64,000 nucleotides of DNA from Trichoplax adhaerens (Eukaryota > Animalia > Placozoa), in assembly GCF_000150275.1 (NCBI RefSeq), contig NW_002060948.1:1573983-1637982 (forward strand), given 5' to 3'. Positions 41,155 through 53,749 of this stretch are shown piece by piece. Position 1 is the stretch's first letter. Each line of letters opens with the position of its first letter. The notes beneath the pieces were generated by a model. The model was not told the origin of the DNA. It did no database searches and worked only from the letters and a program-made list of their open reading frames with translations. The translations under genes and the position numbers were made by a program.

Positions 41155-44100
41155 ATGTCGAAAATTCTCCAAGTGATGTCCAGCCGATTACTCTATTCTA
41201 CTGTACAACGATCATTTACTAGGTCGTTCCATGTTAGTTCTTCAGTAGCCAGCAAGTATTTACGTAGCAGTTTATTGGATAACTCAACCTCTGTTTTTCG
41301 GCTACCACCACAAGCCCAAAATTATCAATTCTTACCGAGACGTCTCCTCGCCTCTCAAAGTAAGTACAGTACAGTATGAACATTGCACAGCATGCAAAGA
41401 TAGAAATTTCGATCTACGTACGCGTATATCATTACCAAACGAGTTTGCAAGCATTTAAATACACCTTATATCCTTTGGGGCATACTTTACTAAAACGCTA
41501 AAATATCAATGATAGCAAGTGCAATCAACGACTTGTAGAAGGTAAATGGACATTGCACAATGCAAAGCATGGCCTGCAGGCGACAGTATTCATATACCGT
41601 ATACCTACATACAGTACTGTATAACTGTATGACAGCATGTGTCAGCAGATAGAAATAGCAAATACCATCGAGCTGCCGTCATGCAGGCTGCACCATTGAC
41701 TTCGTCTATTGCTGGTAGAACGCATACTTGTATTTCAAGTTGATGCAAAGTCTATCATAGTACTTACCTTTGCAGAGCGTTAGCTTGCCGTTTACCATCG
41801 CAGCATGTTGTAGCTATTTGCTAATTAAAATTATCTATGATTCCATTAGGTATCACTAGGTATCAATGATATTTTGAAATTCTAGCACCGGTAGCATGAT
41901 GCAATGCCATGCTGAACGCATGGTCATGGATAAATATAATACTGCAGCCGGTGATTGAAGCAGTTATTATTGGCATTGTTCGCTTAAAGTATTGCACTTG
42001 ATGTCTTTGCATGCTATCAGTTACCAGTATGGGGGCAGTAGTTTAATCAGTATTAGCTTTTTCCTTCTTAGATTGTGATGGAATGCTTTCCTGTGCCATT
42101 GAAAGGCCTAACATGAATTTACTGACTTTCGTTTTTTCTGAACGTTATGAGATATTGCAGCTTTTTCCTTCATTCTATACACATTTACATTGTTACTGTT
42201 TGTGAATATCTATTTGTAAAACGGTAATAATTTTCTACGCTGTCTAAATCAAGCTAATGATCATTTAGTTAATCTTTCTACAGCAAATTCAGATCTATCA
42301 TTAACATTACTGTACTGTAGGTATGATAAGAATTGGATTAAAGGTTGCGAAATACTGTACAGTAAATCACCGATCGAATTGTATCTTCACGTGTCAATAT
42401 TAGTTACCAGCAATTTTGTAAGCAATACTGACCGGTAGACATAGACCGCATTGGTTACATATAATTTTAAATACTATGGAATAATGTACTGTAGGTGCTG
42501 TATACAAAAATATTTAAAATATTGAATTTCACGATATCTATTATACTGTAGCATAACCTATCCAATCTAACATACAGTACGAGTAAATGAAAAGAAATAA
42601 TGTAGCGCCTCAAAAGTTTCTACAATCTCTATTTAAAGATCATAGCATTCGTAGTTGTGATCGATATATGCAGTATGTATTCAAGCATAGGGGATAGGAG
42701 ATATCCTGAAAGTAATGCAGATTTCTAGAAATTTTGTTAGTGTACAGTACAATATTCTATCATTCTGTCTTATGTAGGATTGGTTTTAAAATTTTTGACA
42801 TCTAATTGATATTATTTTAAGGTGATGTGCAGGCAGTTGACTATTTCAATCGAGAAATTGAACTGGAATCCCAAGCATTATCAAATCTCCCAACGATAAA
42901 GAATTTTAAAGTTAGATTTTAAAGAATACATCTGATTATAATTATGATTAGTCTTTGAAACAGCTTTCTCTAACTACCTCTGTGTTCTTAAGCACGTTTG
43001 CTCAAATTACCTAGTACGATCAGGATTATCAGCTACGATATTTTTGCTACGTCATGTGTTGATCTAATGGTCTAATTGCTAACATTTTAGATAGAAACGT
43101 AAAAGTTGATTATGAGATGTAAATTTTAAATATTCTGCATTGGATAGTAAGTGATAGGTAATGATCATGAACATAGTATTCATGTACGATTTATTCTGCC
43201 TCTAATTGAAATCGTAGTGTGAAATACAAGGGACTCGTGCAACTTTTTGTCGAGAGCTAAATAACGAAAGGTAAGCTAATATTTTATAATCATCAATTAC
43301 ATCCTTTGATCGGAGGTTTTTAGTAATAATGTAGTGAAACTATTAAGTTAACAAAACATCAACTTATAGTACACTTACAACGATATCGTATGACACAGGA
43401 CCCAGCGAGACTTGCTAATACACTAATTCATTTTCATTTAGTATAACTGTTACTATGGATATCAATGATAACGTGGAATCAAATATACCGGAATTTGATC
43501 CTGACGAGAATGTGGATGAGGACGATATAGATGGTGTAAGACAATGATATTGCGTAGAGTAGATGGTGTAATATTTTCGATAAGATTTTATAATGAAAGG
43601 TATATTAATGTATCGTGCGATTCTTTCGGTCTTTAGGTATCATTTATGCCAGTATTTTCAGTTGAAATAAAGAAAAGATTGGTATAAGCAATTCTGCATC
43701 ACTTGAATAACTGGCAATAGATTGGGGACTAACGTTCTCTTTACTTTAGGGAGATAGGATATTTATTCACTGCTCAATCGATACGGAGAGTACTCCAGAT
43801 ACCCCGTTTTCTTTGAATGAGATTTACGTTCTTCCTAACGGTGTTGACGAAAAAAATGCATACTGTACCCGAGCTGAGAATCAAGATTCGGTAGGATTGT
43901 TGTCATTGATATTCTATGCAATGATCTTTTTTTGCAATTTATACTTACTGTATATACGCTAATGTAGTAACAGAGTAGCACTTGATACGATATCCATTGC
44001 AAATATAGCGGTAATACTAGGAGCTAATATAATAAATACAGTTTTCAATCAAGTTATTGCTTTCACTGTGCAATTTTGGATTTAAAACATATGATTGACT

Positions 44101-44305
44101 GCCGTTACACATGGAGGCCTTCAAAATCTGATTTTGCTACATTTTTCTTTTATAGGAATTTTACGAGGTTATATATAATAGCTTGAGAGACCGAGGAATA
44201 GATCATAATTTTGGCCAACAGTTGAAGGATTTTTGTGATGTATTGGAGCATTCGGAGTATTATAAGTTTTTGCAAACTGTCCGTGATTTCTTTAAAGCGG
44301 AATAA
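41155..44305 (+). CDS. C1QBP: C1QBP/p32/MAM33 mitochondrial acidic matrix protein
   Basis: Mitochondrial presequence MSKILQVMSSRLLYSTVQRSFTRSF.., then exons DVQAVDYFNREIELE, CEIQGTRATFCRELNNE, ITVTMDINDNV..acidic loop, PVFSVEIKK, AYCTRAENQDS and EFYEVIYNSLRDRGIDHNFGQQLKDFCDVLEHSEYYKFLQTVRDFFKAE*, the MAM33 C-terminal signature. Confidence 0.92.
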
Positions 44306-44859
44306 TAAGTTATTATTCATCACAGTCTAATTTTATAACATTTTTTATCGATACATAATTAATTTGAATATCCAGTGCTAAGTTCAATTAATTATTCAGA
44401 TGTATGATATAATTAACTTGAATACGTACTTCCGCTGTACGCTGTCCTCTTCGACATTGTTAATTTCATTACAATAAATTTCTTTATGCTATGCAAGTAA
44501 ATTATATCATTTAAATTAGGATACTGGGCTACGATCTATGTTATGTATAATAGGTTTGTAATTACTGCTAATCAGCCAGCTACGAAATGTATCGAGTATT
44601 ATTTTGTATCAAGATTTTTGAACGCTCTTTCACAGCCGTTACTCAATGGTTCAAATGGTGCTCGTGGCAGCGGAATGTTAATTATATTAGAGCATTATAT
44701 TTCAACATGTACCTCCATATGGCACTACCTTCAGTAGCGATCGATATAATATTTCCTCAGATGAGATTTCTCTTCTCTAAAATGGATAGACATTTATCAT
44801 TGAATGACATTAAGAGTGTAATACTTTCGATATACTGTACATATATTGTAGCCTTATAG

Positions 44860-45157
44860 GATTGTCATGCAATATGCAGATTTAACTGCCTGACAAGTAG
44901 GTGTTTTCTGCTAGTTATTAATTAGATGACGTAGATACCGTAAAACCGATATTACTGCTAATATCTAAAGTGAAATGCAACAGCACACTCGGCAATTTGG
45001 GCAGGTATTGATGATACACCTGAAACCGATGAACTGAAAGCCAACTTTAAAGCGTAAGCTTAAGTTTATAGTAACTGTAATACTGTACACGTATGTATAG
45101 AATTTTACTCATCATTATACAACGCATCATAGGTTTGTAGTGGGATTGACGAAGTGA
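44860..45157 (+). CDS. Possible small gene or gene fragment of unknown identity
   Basis: Three phase-compatible GT-AG exons, 44860-44896, 44984-45053 and 45133-45157, give DCHAICRFNCLTTHSAIWAGIDDTPETDELKANFKAFVVGLTK*. No clear start. Confidence 0.3.
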
Positions 45158-45482
45158 AAGTAGAGCTTTCTTAGAATAGAAATCGACCTAAGTATCCACA
45201 GATAGAATAATGCACGAAAAACGATCGTAAAGATTCACATAATAAATTTGTATTCCTAGTTAATCGGTAGATAATATACAGTTTTAATCCAAGGATGCCA
45301 ATTAAATAATAGAACATTTTAGAAATTTTTGACTTATTGAGTTATGCTAGTTTGAGCCTCTTCATATATTAAATGAAAGCCACGATTAATTTATTTACAA
45401 GCATGCATCATGAACTGCAGTTATCAAACAAGTGATGATTTATTGGAAATATAGATAAAAAAGCTTGCCAATTAAAGCTTGG

Positions 45483-47840
45483 TCATTCTTTAGCGTTTAA
45501 ATCGCTAGAGCTACGCATTTTCTCGCCTACACATAATTTAACAGCTATTAATAATATAATCTTCAGAGTTTGAATCCATGTAATAAATTGCCGTTATGTA
45601 CAGTTTGACTTTAGTTCTAGTATCTTACTTGTAGGAGCGGTAAAGTAGTCTTGAAATATTTTGTGAGCATTTCCTAATATTTCTTCTTTGTTTACAGTTT
45701 CTCCATCTTGACCAGAATTCATGTACATTTCTCTACAAGATATTAATAACGCAATATTTTATCTTCAAAATTGTCGAAGAACAATAATTTCTTAAGAACA
45801 GCTACTTCACATTTCATTTATGAAGTAAATAAATTGCGAACTTAGTTAGGCAAGGTTACATTGATTGATTACAACTTCTTAATAGCAATAGTTATTGATA
45901 GCAGGAATGCTATGATACCAACGTCATGAATGGTTAATACAGTGACAAATCGATTAAATATATATTATCAGCTTGCATACTGTACCTTTCATCGACACAG
46001 GTGTACATAGGATCGACATTCTTGGTATCAACTTCTTGGAGGCGATCTGCTGCGGATATAATGGTATTTAATTTCTCCAATGCTTGATGTTTTTCAATTG
46101 GAGTCAGAGTTAACTCTTCTAAATATGTTGTGTCACTTTCATCTAGATATTGCTGTAATAAGCAAATTTTAAAGTAGATTAGATGTAATAATTGGAGACA
46201 CGTAACAGAATTACGCGTATATCGCAACGCTTGTTTCATGTCAGGCCATCCCACAAACTTAAGAAGGCAATAATATATGCTGCAAGTACTGTAGGTGATT
46301 CCGCGATTACAAATGAATATTACATGTACGCATAAAATAAGAAATCCTGTATCAGATAAAATGACTTTGCTGGGACGGATTGTAGGCCAGTGAAGTATTA
46401 TTGTCTACTGTATAAATACGTAGATCTTACAAACAACATAAGCAAGATCCTTATAAGTTAAAGGGAAGTTATAGCCTTACAGGCTCGTTTTCATAAAATG
46501 ACTTACAGTTATATACTTTACTTATATACTTATGAAGGAGCAAGTTGTCAAATACAAATGAACTCGTTCATTCGATACGTTGGCGCAACTACTGTACTGT
46601 ATATACTGTAGAACTTTAGAATGATATTGTGAAATTTTTCTCTTTTACCTCCATACTACAGTACGGTAAGACGTGTAATTGCATATTTTTAGCACAGTAT
46701 ATACTGTACTGTCCAATGTTCATACAATAATGGTTATGCATTGACATCAAGTGGTATACTCTTTATTAGGGAGCCTGTATCAATTTTGAGGGAATAAAAT
46801 AGGAATTACAGTTTACGATGTATTGCATCCGAGTTGGTATACTGGAAGGTTTATAAACTACTTGTACATCAATCAACTACTGCTCAAGATAAACACAGGC
46901 TGACAAGCGAATTTTGAGGGAAAAACTAGGAATTACAGTTTACGATGTATTGCATCCGAGTTGGTATACTGGAAGGTTTATAAACTACTTGTACATCAAT
47001 CAACTACTGCTCAAGATAAACACAGTCTGACAAGCGAATTTTGAGGGGAAAACTAGGAATTACAGTTTACGATGCATTGCATCCGAGTTGGTATACTGGA
47101 AGGTTTATAAACTACTTGTACATCAATCAACTACTGCTCAAGATAAACACAGGCTGACAAGCGAATTTTGCAAAAATAAATTATCGTCTAGACGTGAGGA
47201 AAGCATAGTGCATAGAAACCTTCAGGACCCCTTTTAATAGTGCATGAACACCTCGTGTTTGTACAATACAAACCTTGTTTGGGTTTCTTTCCCAATATTC
47301 ATTTATAGACCATGTTGGTTGAGGAGGAATCTGTATATAAACTGGAATTAAGATCGAGAATACATGGATTGTATACTATTATATAATTATAATAACTATC
47401 TAAGATCAATTTTAAAAGGATACCGTTCAAAACAAACAATAATGTTACTATTGGATACGTTACATAATAAAGCAATCTGACTTGTATATCCTATTCTATA
47501 ATAGAATCATCCTTCTATCACTTTTCTTTTCCACTCAGAAGATTACGTCATTGGATAAAGTGAAAGAAATAGCGATAAGGAAATATTACTTCCATCGTCT
47601 ACACGTATGGAATCCAATGTTAGACGGTGGTAATTGTTAGGCTTCTTGCCAATATAGTATCAAAACTATTGGAGAATGATGGAGGGATTTGTCGAATGCA
47701 CTTGACTATTGGCATTAAGGTAACATACGATTACTCGTTGTTTATGATAAAGTATCGCCACTTACCGCAGCTATTGAACGGATGTGGCAGTTGAAAGGCT
47801 TTGCCAAGATTTGCGGAAGGTTTAACAGCCATCGATGCAT
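45483..47840 (-). CDS. GATC: Glutamyl-tRNA(Gln) amidotransferase subunit C, mitochondrial
   Basis: Exons 47766-47840 (presequence MHRWLLNLPQILAKPFNCHIRSIAA), 47274-47330 (IPPQPTWS..), 45986-46152 (..LEKLNTIISAADRLQEVDTKNVDPMYTCVDER), about 45629-45731 (EMYMNSGQDGETVNKEEILGNAHKIFQDYFTAPT) and a last exon ending at the stop at 45483. Matches the GatC motifs ADRLxxVDTxxVxPM and ExLxNA..xYFxAP. Confidence 0.9.
46783..47170. repeat. Three near-identical tandem copies of a 127-128-bp unit in GATC intron 2
   Basis: attttgaggg..taggaattacagtttacgatg..gcatccgagttggtatactggaaggtttataaactacttgtacatcaatcaactactgctcaagataaacacag.ctgacaagcga starts at 46783, 46911 and 47038. Confidence 0.95.
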
Positions 47841-48228
47841 ACCTGCACAGCAGCAATAGCGAATTGATTACTCTTTTATATGCGTAGTATTCCTATTCCC
47901 AAATATGGATACAATGTATATGCGTCTATTATTTCTGTAGGATGGCTTTCTTTCACCTTGCTCCACCCTGGCTCAGAGCTCAGCAAATGATGGACTCTTA
48001 TTGAACATATAGATCATAAAGGTATTAACAAAACGATGCATACCTGCACAGCAGCAACAGCGAATTGATTACTCTTTTATATGCGTAGTATTTCTATTCC
48101 CAATATGGATACAATGTATATGCGTCTATTATTTCTGTAGGATGGCTTTCTTTCACCTTGCTCCACCTTGGCTCAGAGCTCAGCAAACGATGGACTCTTA
48201 TTGAACATATAGATCATGAAGGTATTGG
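47833..48228. repeat. Tandem duplication (period ~201 bp) covering the GATC start codon and 5' region
   Basis: cgatgcatacctgcacagcagcaa..gatggactcttattgaacatatagatcat.aaggtatt begins at 47833 and 48034. Confidence 0.93.
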
Positions 48229-48459
48229 ACCGAACCGAACCTTTCTCAGGTCTAAATTTGAACCCATACATAACAGCACTCACACTGGAAATTTCATTTA
48301 CATTGGCTAAGAGAAGAGAACTCTGCTGTCACCGGGCTTGCGCGTTGCGACTGATTGGGGGTTACGACCGACTGACAGACGGGTGCACTTGGTTCACGAT
48401 TTTGATAATAATAACATCCGAATCATAATATTCACTCCAGGACAGTACGAGTTATGCTA

Positions 48460-48820
48460 TAAATCTGATTTGGGATGATTGACGATACTTGATTTGACCA
48501 GAGTAGCAGACCCCTACAGTACAGTATATTGATGGGAAAATATTGATCAAAGCACGGAATGACGTCTTCAATTTAATTTGGAATGATGTACGATAACTGA
48601 TTTTACAAGGGGTACCAGACCACTGCTAACGCTGCTATATGGATGGGAAAATATGGATCAAAACCCCGAATCTACGGTATTCAACCTGATTTGGAATGAT
48701 TGACGACAGTTGATTTGATCAGGGTAGCAGCCAGACCCCTGCTCTATTGATCAATACACCGAATGGCGGTATTCAACCTGATTTAGAATGATTGACGATA
48801 ATTGATTTTAGCAAGAGTAC
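48460..48820. repeat. Four degenerate ~95-110-bp tandem units
   Basis: Core aa(t/c)(c/t)tgattt(g/a)gaatgattgacga.a.ttgattt..c(a)g.g.tagcag recurs near 48462, 48570, 48683 and 48775. Confidence 0.8.
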
Positions 48821-50318
48821 TACAGACTACAGGGTGTCTCATAAAAAATCTACGATGATTGAAATGATATGAAAACGTAATATTATGACCAAATTAGACA
48901 AATTTGGTATCAATCGATAGCTTAGATGTGTAAAAATTCAAATATCGAAATAAAAAATGGAAAAAATATCAATTTATACAGTAGATCAGAAAGGGATTGA
49001 ACCGGACCGAACCGTTCTCAGGTCTAATGAGTACAGACTGTCAGCAGTATTGTACTGTACTCAGTGTGCTGTCCTCTTGTACAGTACAGTACACCCAGAA
49101 CTACAGTATACTGTACACTGTACACTGTACGGTACAGTACCATCCTGTACTGTTCGTGGTAATCGGTAGTACCGCACTGTCATGCTCAGTACAGTCATGC
49201 TCGGTACAGTCATGCTCAGATCAGGTGTCATCAAAGCAGGCGGCCGATGACATAAAAATAAATTTCTTGTTGATTTTTTTTTCATCGACCATTTTTCCAT
49301 CCGATTGCTGCAGCGATTGCCGATCGGACCAACTTTATCCATTTCTATTGGCAAGTTCTCCTGGTAAAACGAGGCCAAATTCATTCTGCAATCACCAGGA
49401 AAGAGACAGAGTGAAGAGAAAGGGCCATTTCTACCGGTGATGATGAAGTTGTCAATCGCTAAACTAGTTTACGGGTGATAGAATAGCAAGAAGCGCGTTA
49501 TTAAGTAGTTTATTCAAATAGCAATCGACAACGATACTTGGGTAACGATATAATCGGCTTAAGTTATCACCATTTTAAAGCGCTTCCACATACGCCAAGT
49601 CAAGAATCGTAGTGTAAAAGGTAGGCCTATGCGTATTCCATACATTGATACGTAATCCAGTTGCTGCAATGTTTGTGTAGACTTTAGGGAATATGCAATT
49701 TTTCTTGTTCTTCGCCTGACTACCGGTAGTAAAGGCGATAATTGTATTCCATTTTGGACAGTCAAATTTCTCAACCAGTTCATTATCGTTCGGGTAGTCA
49801 TTGATCGACTTGACAAAGTCAATATACTGTACGCATCATCAATGATATGCAAATTCCAACCGATAGTATATACTGTACTGCCAAAATGATTTATTATTTT
49901 GATGTCCTGCAACTTTTTTTGCCTTCCCACCTTTTCAACCTTAAATAAAACTACCTAGAGGTGTCGATTTGACATCAGGTGTGATAACCTCCAAGACGAA
50001 TTTATTCACTGCCAATGCTAACCCAAATGCATGTATTTTACAGAATTTGCCTATTCATCGTTCCGCTATTTTGGCAGCTGATAACCGCTCTAGAGTTAGT
50101 TCGTACTCTCAAGTTCTAATTGCCTTGAAGCTTATTGTATGAAATTGACATCCAATATAAACTGGACAAAGTAAGACCAAATTAATTCTACGTTTGGTAG
50201 AAAAGCCAAATTTGGATTGACATGATACCAACACCACTGTCGTAGAATAACTTAATCAACATCTTGTACTTCGACTTATCTTTAGTTTACAAGTAGACTA
50301 TAGCGCAATCGATATCCA

Positions 50319-52632
50319 ATGATGGCTTCTAATCCGAATTCAGAAACTACTCCTCTCATTGGTAATCATACAAGCAATCACAACTCTTCTACATCTCGTA
50401 CCAAATGGAATAAAAGAAGAATTTATGCATCCATTCTTTTGACCGAAACCCTGGAAAGAATGACCTACTATGGCCTTACTGCCAATTTAGTCATTTACCT
50501 TTCTTTAACGAATTCTCTCAATGTATCTAGCTACTACTCCATATTAATACAAAATAGCTTCAATGGTGTTAAATTTTTCATGTGCTTTTTTGGTGGCTGG
50601 TTTGCCGATGCCTATGTTGGTCGTTATAAAGCAATTATTCTCGGTTTAATAACTTATGCTGTAGGCATCGCCTTGTTTCCTATTGCAAGCATACCCAATT
50701 ATTTCCCTCAATATCAGCATAAACATTTTCCAATCAAGCCATTAATCATTAGCGGATTATTTCTTGTTGCTATTGGTTGTGGATTAGTCAAGTCCAATTT
50801 ACCACCTTTTGGTGCTGAACAGGTCAAACGTAATCGTTCCGGTAGAAGTAAGGAAGCGGTGACTCAAAGTTTCTTCAATTGGTTTTATTGGTCCATTAAT
50901 CTTGGATCATTATTGGCTTATCTAATAGTAGCGTACATGCAGCAAAAGCAAGAGAGATTTTTCGTTTCCTATCTCATCTTGGTGACTTGTATGCTGTTGG
51001 CTATTGTTGCATTTCTAAGTAGTCATAATATTTATCATCTACATCATCGTCCATCCAATCGAGTTGGACAGACTCTCCGTTTGCTTGCGCGACGCTGTTG
51101 TTGCTTCAGTCTGCGTTCTTCCCGTCATGATGTCGATCATCATCGTCCTACGCCTACTGACTATGATAACGCTCATAACAGTAGCCACTTAATTCCGCCA
51201 TCAACTCCAGAACGACTAATAAGTAACCCAGAACATAGCGGTAATCCAACCAATAGTGCCATCAATGAAGCTGAAATCAAAAATATTAAGAAAATTGCCA
51301 TTATTTTTATATCATTACTCCCTTTTTGGGCCGCGTATTCCCAGGTAACATCTTAACCCTTATCAATGATACCATTGCTAGGATTGCTAACACAAGTAAC
51401 CTATTAATTGTTATCATTTTAAGTATAGTGATATTTATTTACAAGTACTCATCTTGAGCTAAGTACACTTAAAGATTGACTATCCTTAGCATCGATATAT
51501 TGAAAGAATATAACTCGACGCTTTTTGACTACAGTTCGAAGCTGTAATTGTCTAGTTTTTTATAGAGACATTAATATACAGTAGTTGCTGTTACTATTTT
51601 CACTTTTTAAAATGAATCATCTTTTGCTTTAACATCAATTTTTATCACGTCAATAATACTAATCAATGCGTCATATCTCCCCTGTAGATGCAGAGTACTT
51701 ACTTACTGCAAGCCCTTCATTTGAAGCTTTATCCTCAAAACACTCATCCCAGTTTTGTAATCCCTGTAGCTTGGTTATCGCTATTCGATATCTTCGTTAT
51801 TTTAGCCTTTTTACCGGTGCTCGATCGATTTATATATCCTTATTTCGAAAGGCTAGATAGACCTATTACTGTCTCAATACGTTTTGTAATTGGTTTAGTG
51901 TTTGCTTTTATTTCGGTATTATGGGCGGCTGAATTGGAAGTGATTCGTTCAAGTTATGGCGTATTAAATCAACAAATCGGTGATATCCTTGTTCAAGCTT
52001 CAGATGTTTGGGTATACTGGCAAATACCTCAGTATATCTTTATTGGGTTTAGTGAAATGTTTGCGTCGGTAACAGGTGTGTAACTCCTGATATTGCATCA
52101 AATCGTTTATACATATCAACTCTTCACTCTAGAATATTTTAGATAAAATAAATAGAATCTTTATTTGTTATATTGACACATTGATAGGATCTACATGATT
52201 AATTTATGAGTAAACTATACTTATATCTTAATTATAGCTATGAAATTTGCCTACTCACGGGCACCTCCTCATTTACAAGGTACTGTCATGGGATTCTTTG
52301 ACCTCATGACTGGAGTTGGATATTTTCTTGGGCTTGGCGTCTTAGCAATATTACGTAGTGTTGATTTATTGAAATTGATTAGTCGTGTTCGAAACACGCC
52401 TGGTATGGGAGTGTTTGAAAATTCACGACTTGACACCTATTTTCTCATTTTAGCGGCTATGATATTTTTAACTATAGTCATCTTTATAATTTTTGACATA
52501 AAGTACAATATTGATGTTCTCAATGTAACTTCTAGTGCTAAAGTTACATCGAATAAGGATGTAACGCAATCTGGGTTGTACATCAATGATCGCGTTAATA
52601 GCCATGTGAACGATAGTGGCATAGTGACATGA
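50319..52632 (+). CDS. SLC15A4: Proton-coupled oligopeptide/histidine transporter, SLC15A3/A4-like (POT/PTR2 family)
   Basis: Exons 50319-51344, 51688-52075 and 52238-52632. Motifs: ExxERxxYY (ETLERMTYY), GGWFADAYVGRY, KSNLPPFGAEQV, FFNWFYWSINLGS, QMQSTYLLQALHL, WQIPQYIFIGFSEMFAS, FAYSRAP. Confidence 0.88.
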
Positions 52633-53749
52633 ATTATTTTAATCTAAAATATCAATATTTCAACTTTAATTGCATTTAATTACCCTTATTTACAATGTTG
52701 ATGATTACAAGAATCGAGAGGGTCGTCTATGTCATCGTATACAGCTAACGAAATACGATATTCTTACGGAGTCATTCTGACAGTGTTTTAACAGAATTTA
52801 TATTTCAACAAGAAGAAATATCATCTATCCCGTACTCATAAGGATATCTTTACGCGATTAGAGTACTAAAATAGAATAACTGACTATTAATTTCAACCTT
52901 ACAATAATCAATTCGTCCATAGTTTGGCGTCCTAAAATTCGTATAAGAAATTGTGTTGAACTTCTAATAGAATTGAAAAGATAATAGTACGCCTAAAATG
53001 TTTAAACTTGTTTGTAAATAAGCTTAATGTAAAAATCGATTTTACTAATGCTCACTACTAAAGTTTTAACTCCTGAGATTATATTGAGAAACCTTTAGAT
53101 TTTGTTCTCAAATCATTATTTTATTAAGTAAGACTTATAATGTCTTAATTCTGAATATGATATCTGAGTTTAGTAGAAGTTATTCTTTATGTCTACGATT
53201 AGAAATAAACATATTTTACGAAATATTTCTGTAAGCGTAGGATTTAAAATTAATCTTGACATGCAAGTCCTTTGAAGAGTTGATATTATATTGGACTAGT
53301 GTTCCTAATATCATTAATATAGACATTACTCGTACGCTAGCTTACAGTTAAATTAATTTTGAGATCTTGACGCGTCTTTTTTAACTGTAGTAATCAAATT
53401 TTACCTCAAATCATAAAATCTTATATGAAATTTATTGTAAATTTATCTACAGCAAGCCGAATACGCTACACTTAATTACTTATTTTTAGCAATCGTGCAG
53501 GAAAATGTTCAGTACTTAAGTTCCAAGCAATTACAGTTAATGATTGATCTTAAACTCTATTACAATGGTTACAGAAGGATATTGTTAAAATATTTAAATA
53601 TTATTTTACAAGTATCATCAATGGCAATGCAATAATGAATTTGTTAAAAATTTAAAGGTTATGATATGTTATGATACATTACTACGCAAGTTTGAATAAT
53701 TGTTTAGAAATACGTAAGATACCATAGATATATATGAATTAGGCAGAAT

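Noticed and set aside
46783-47170. CRISPR-like array
   Set aside because: Eukaryotic intron; the units are contiguous full-length copies with no unique spacers and no cas genes.
48957-49440. Overlapping ORFs of 70-147 aa
   Set aside because: Low-complexity products of TACTG tracts and a 15-bp cagtcatgctc(a/g)gta repeat.
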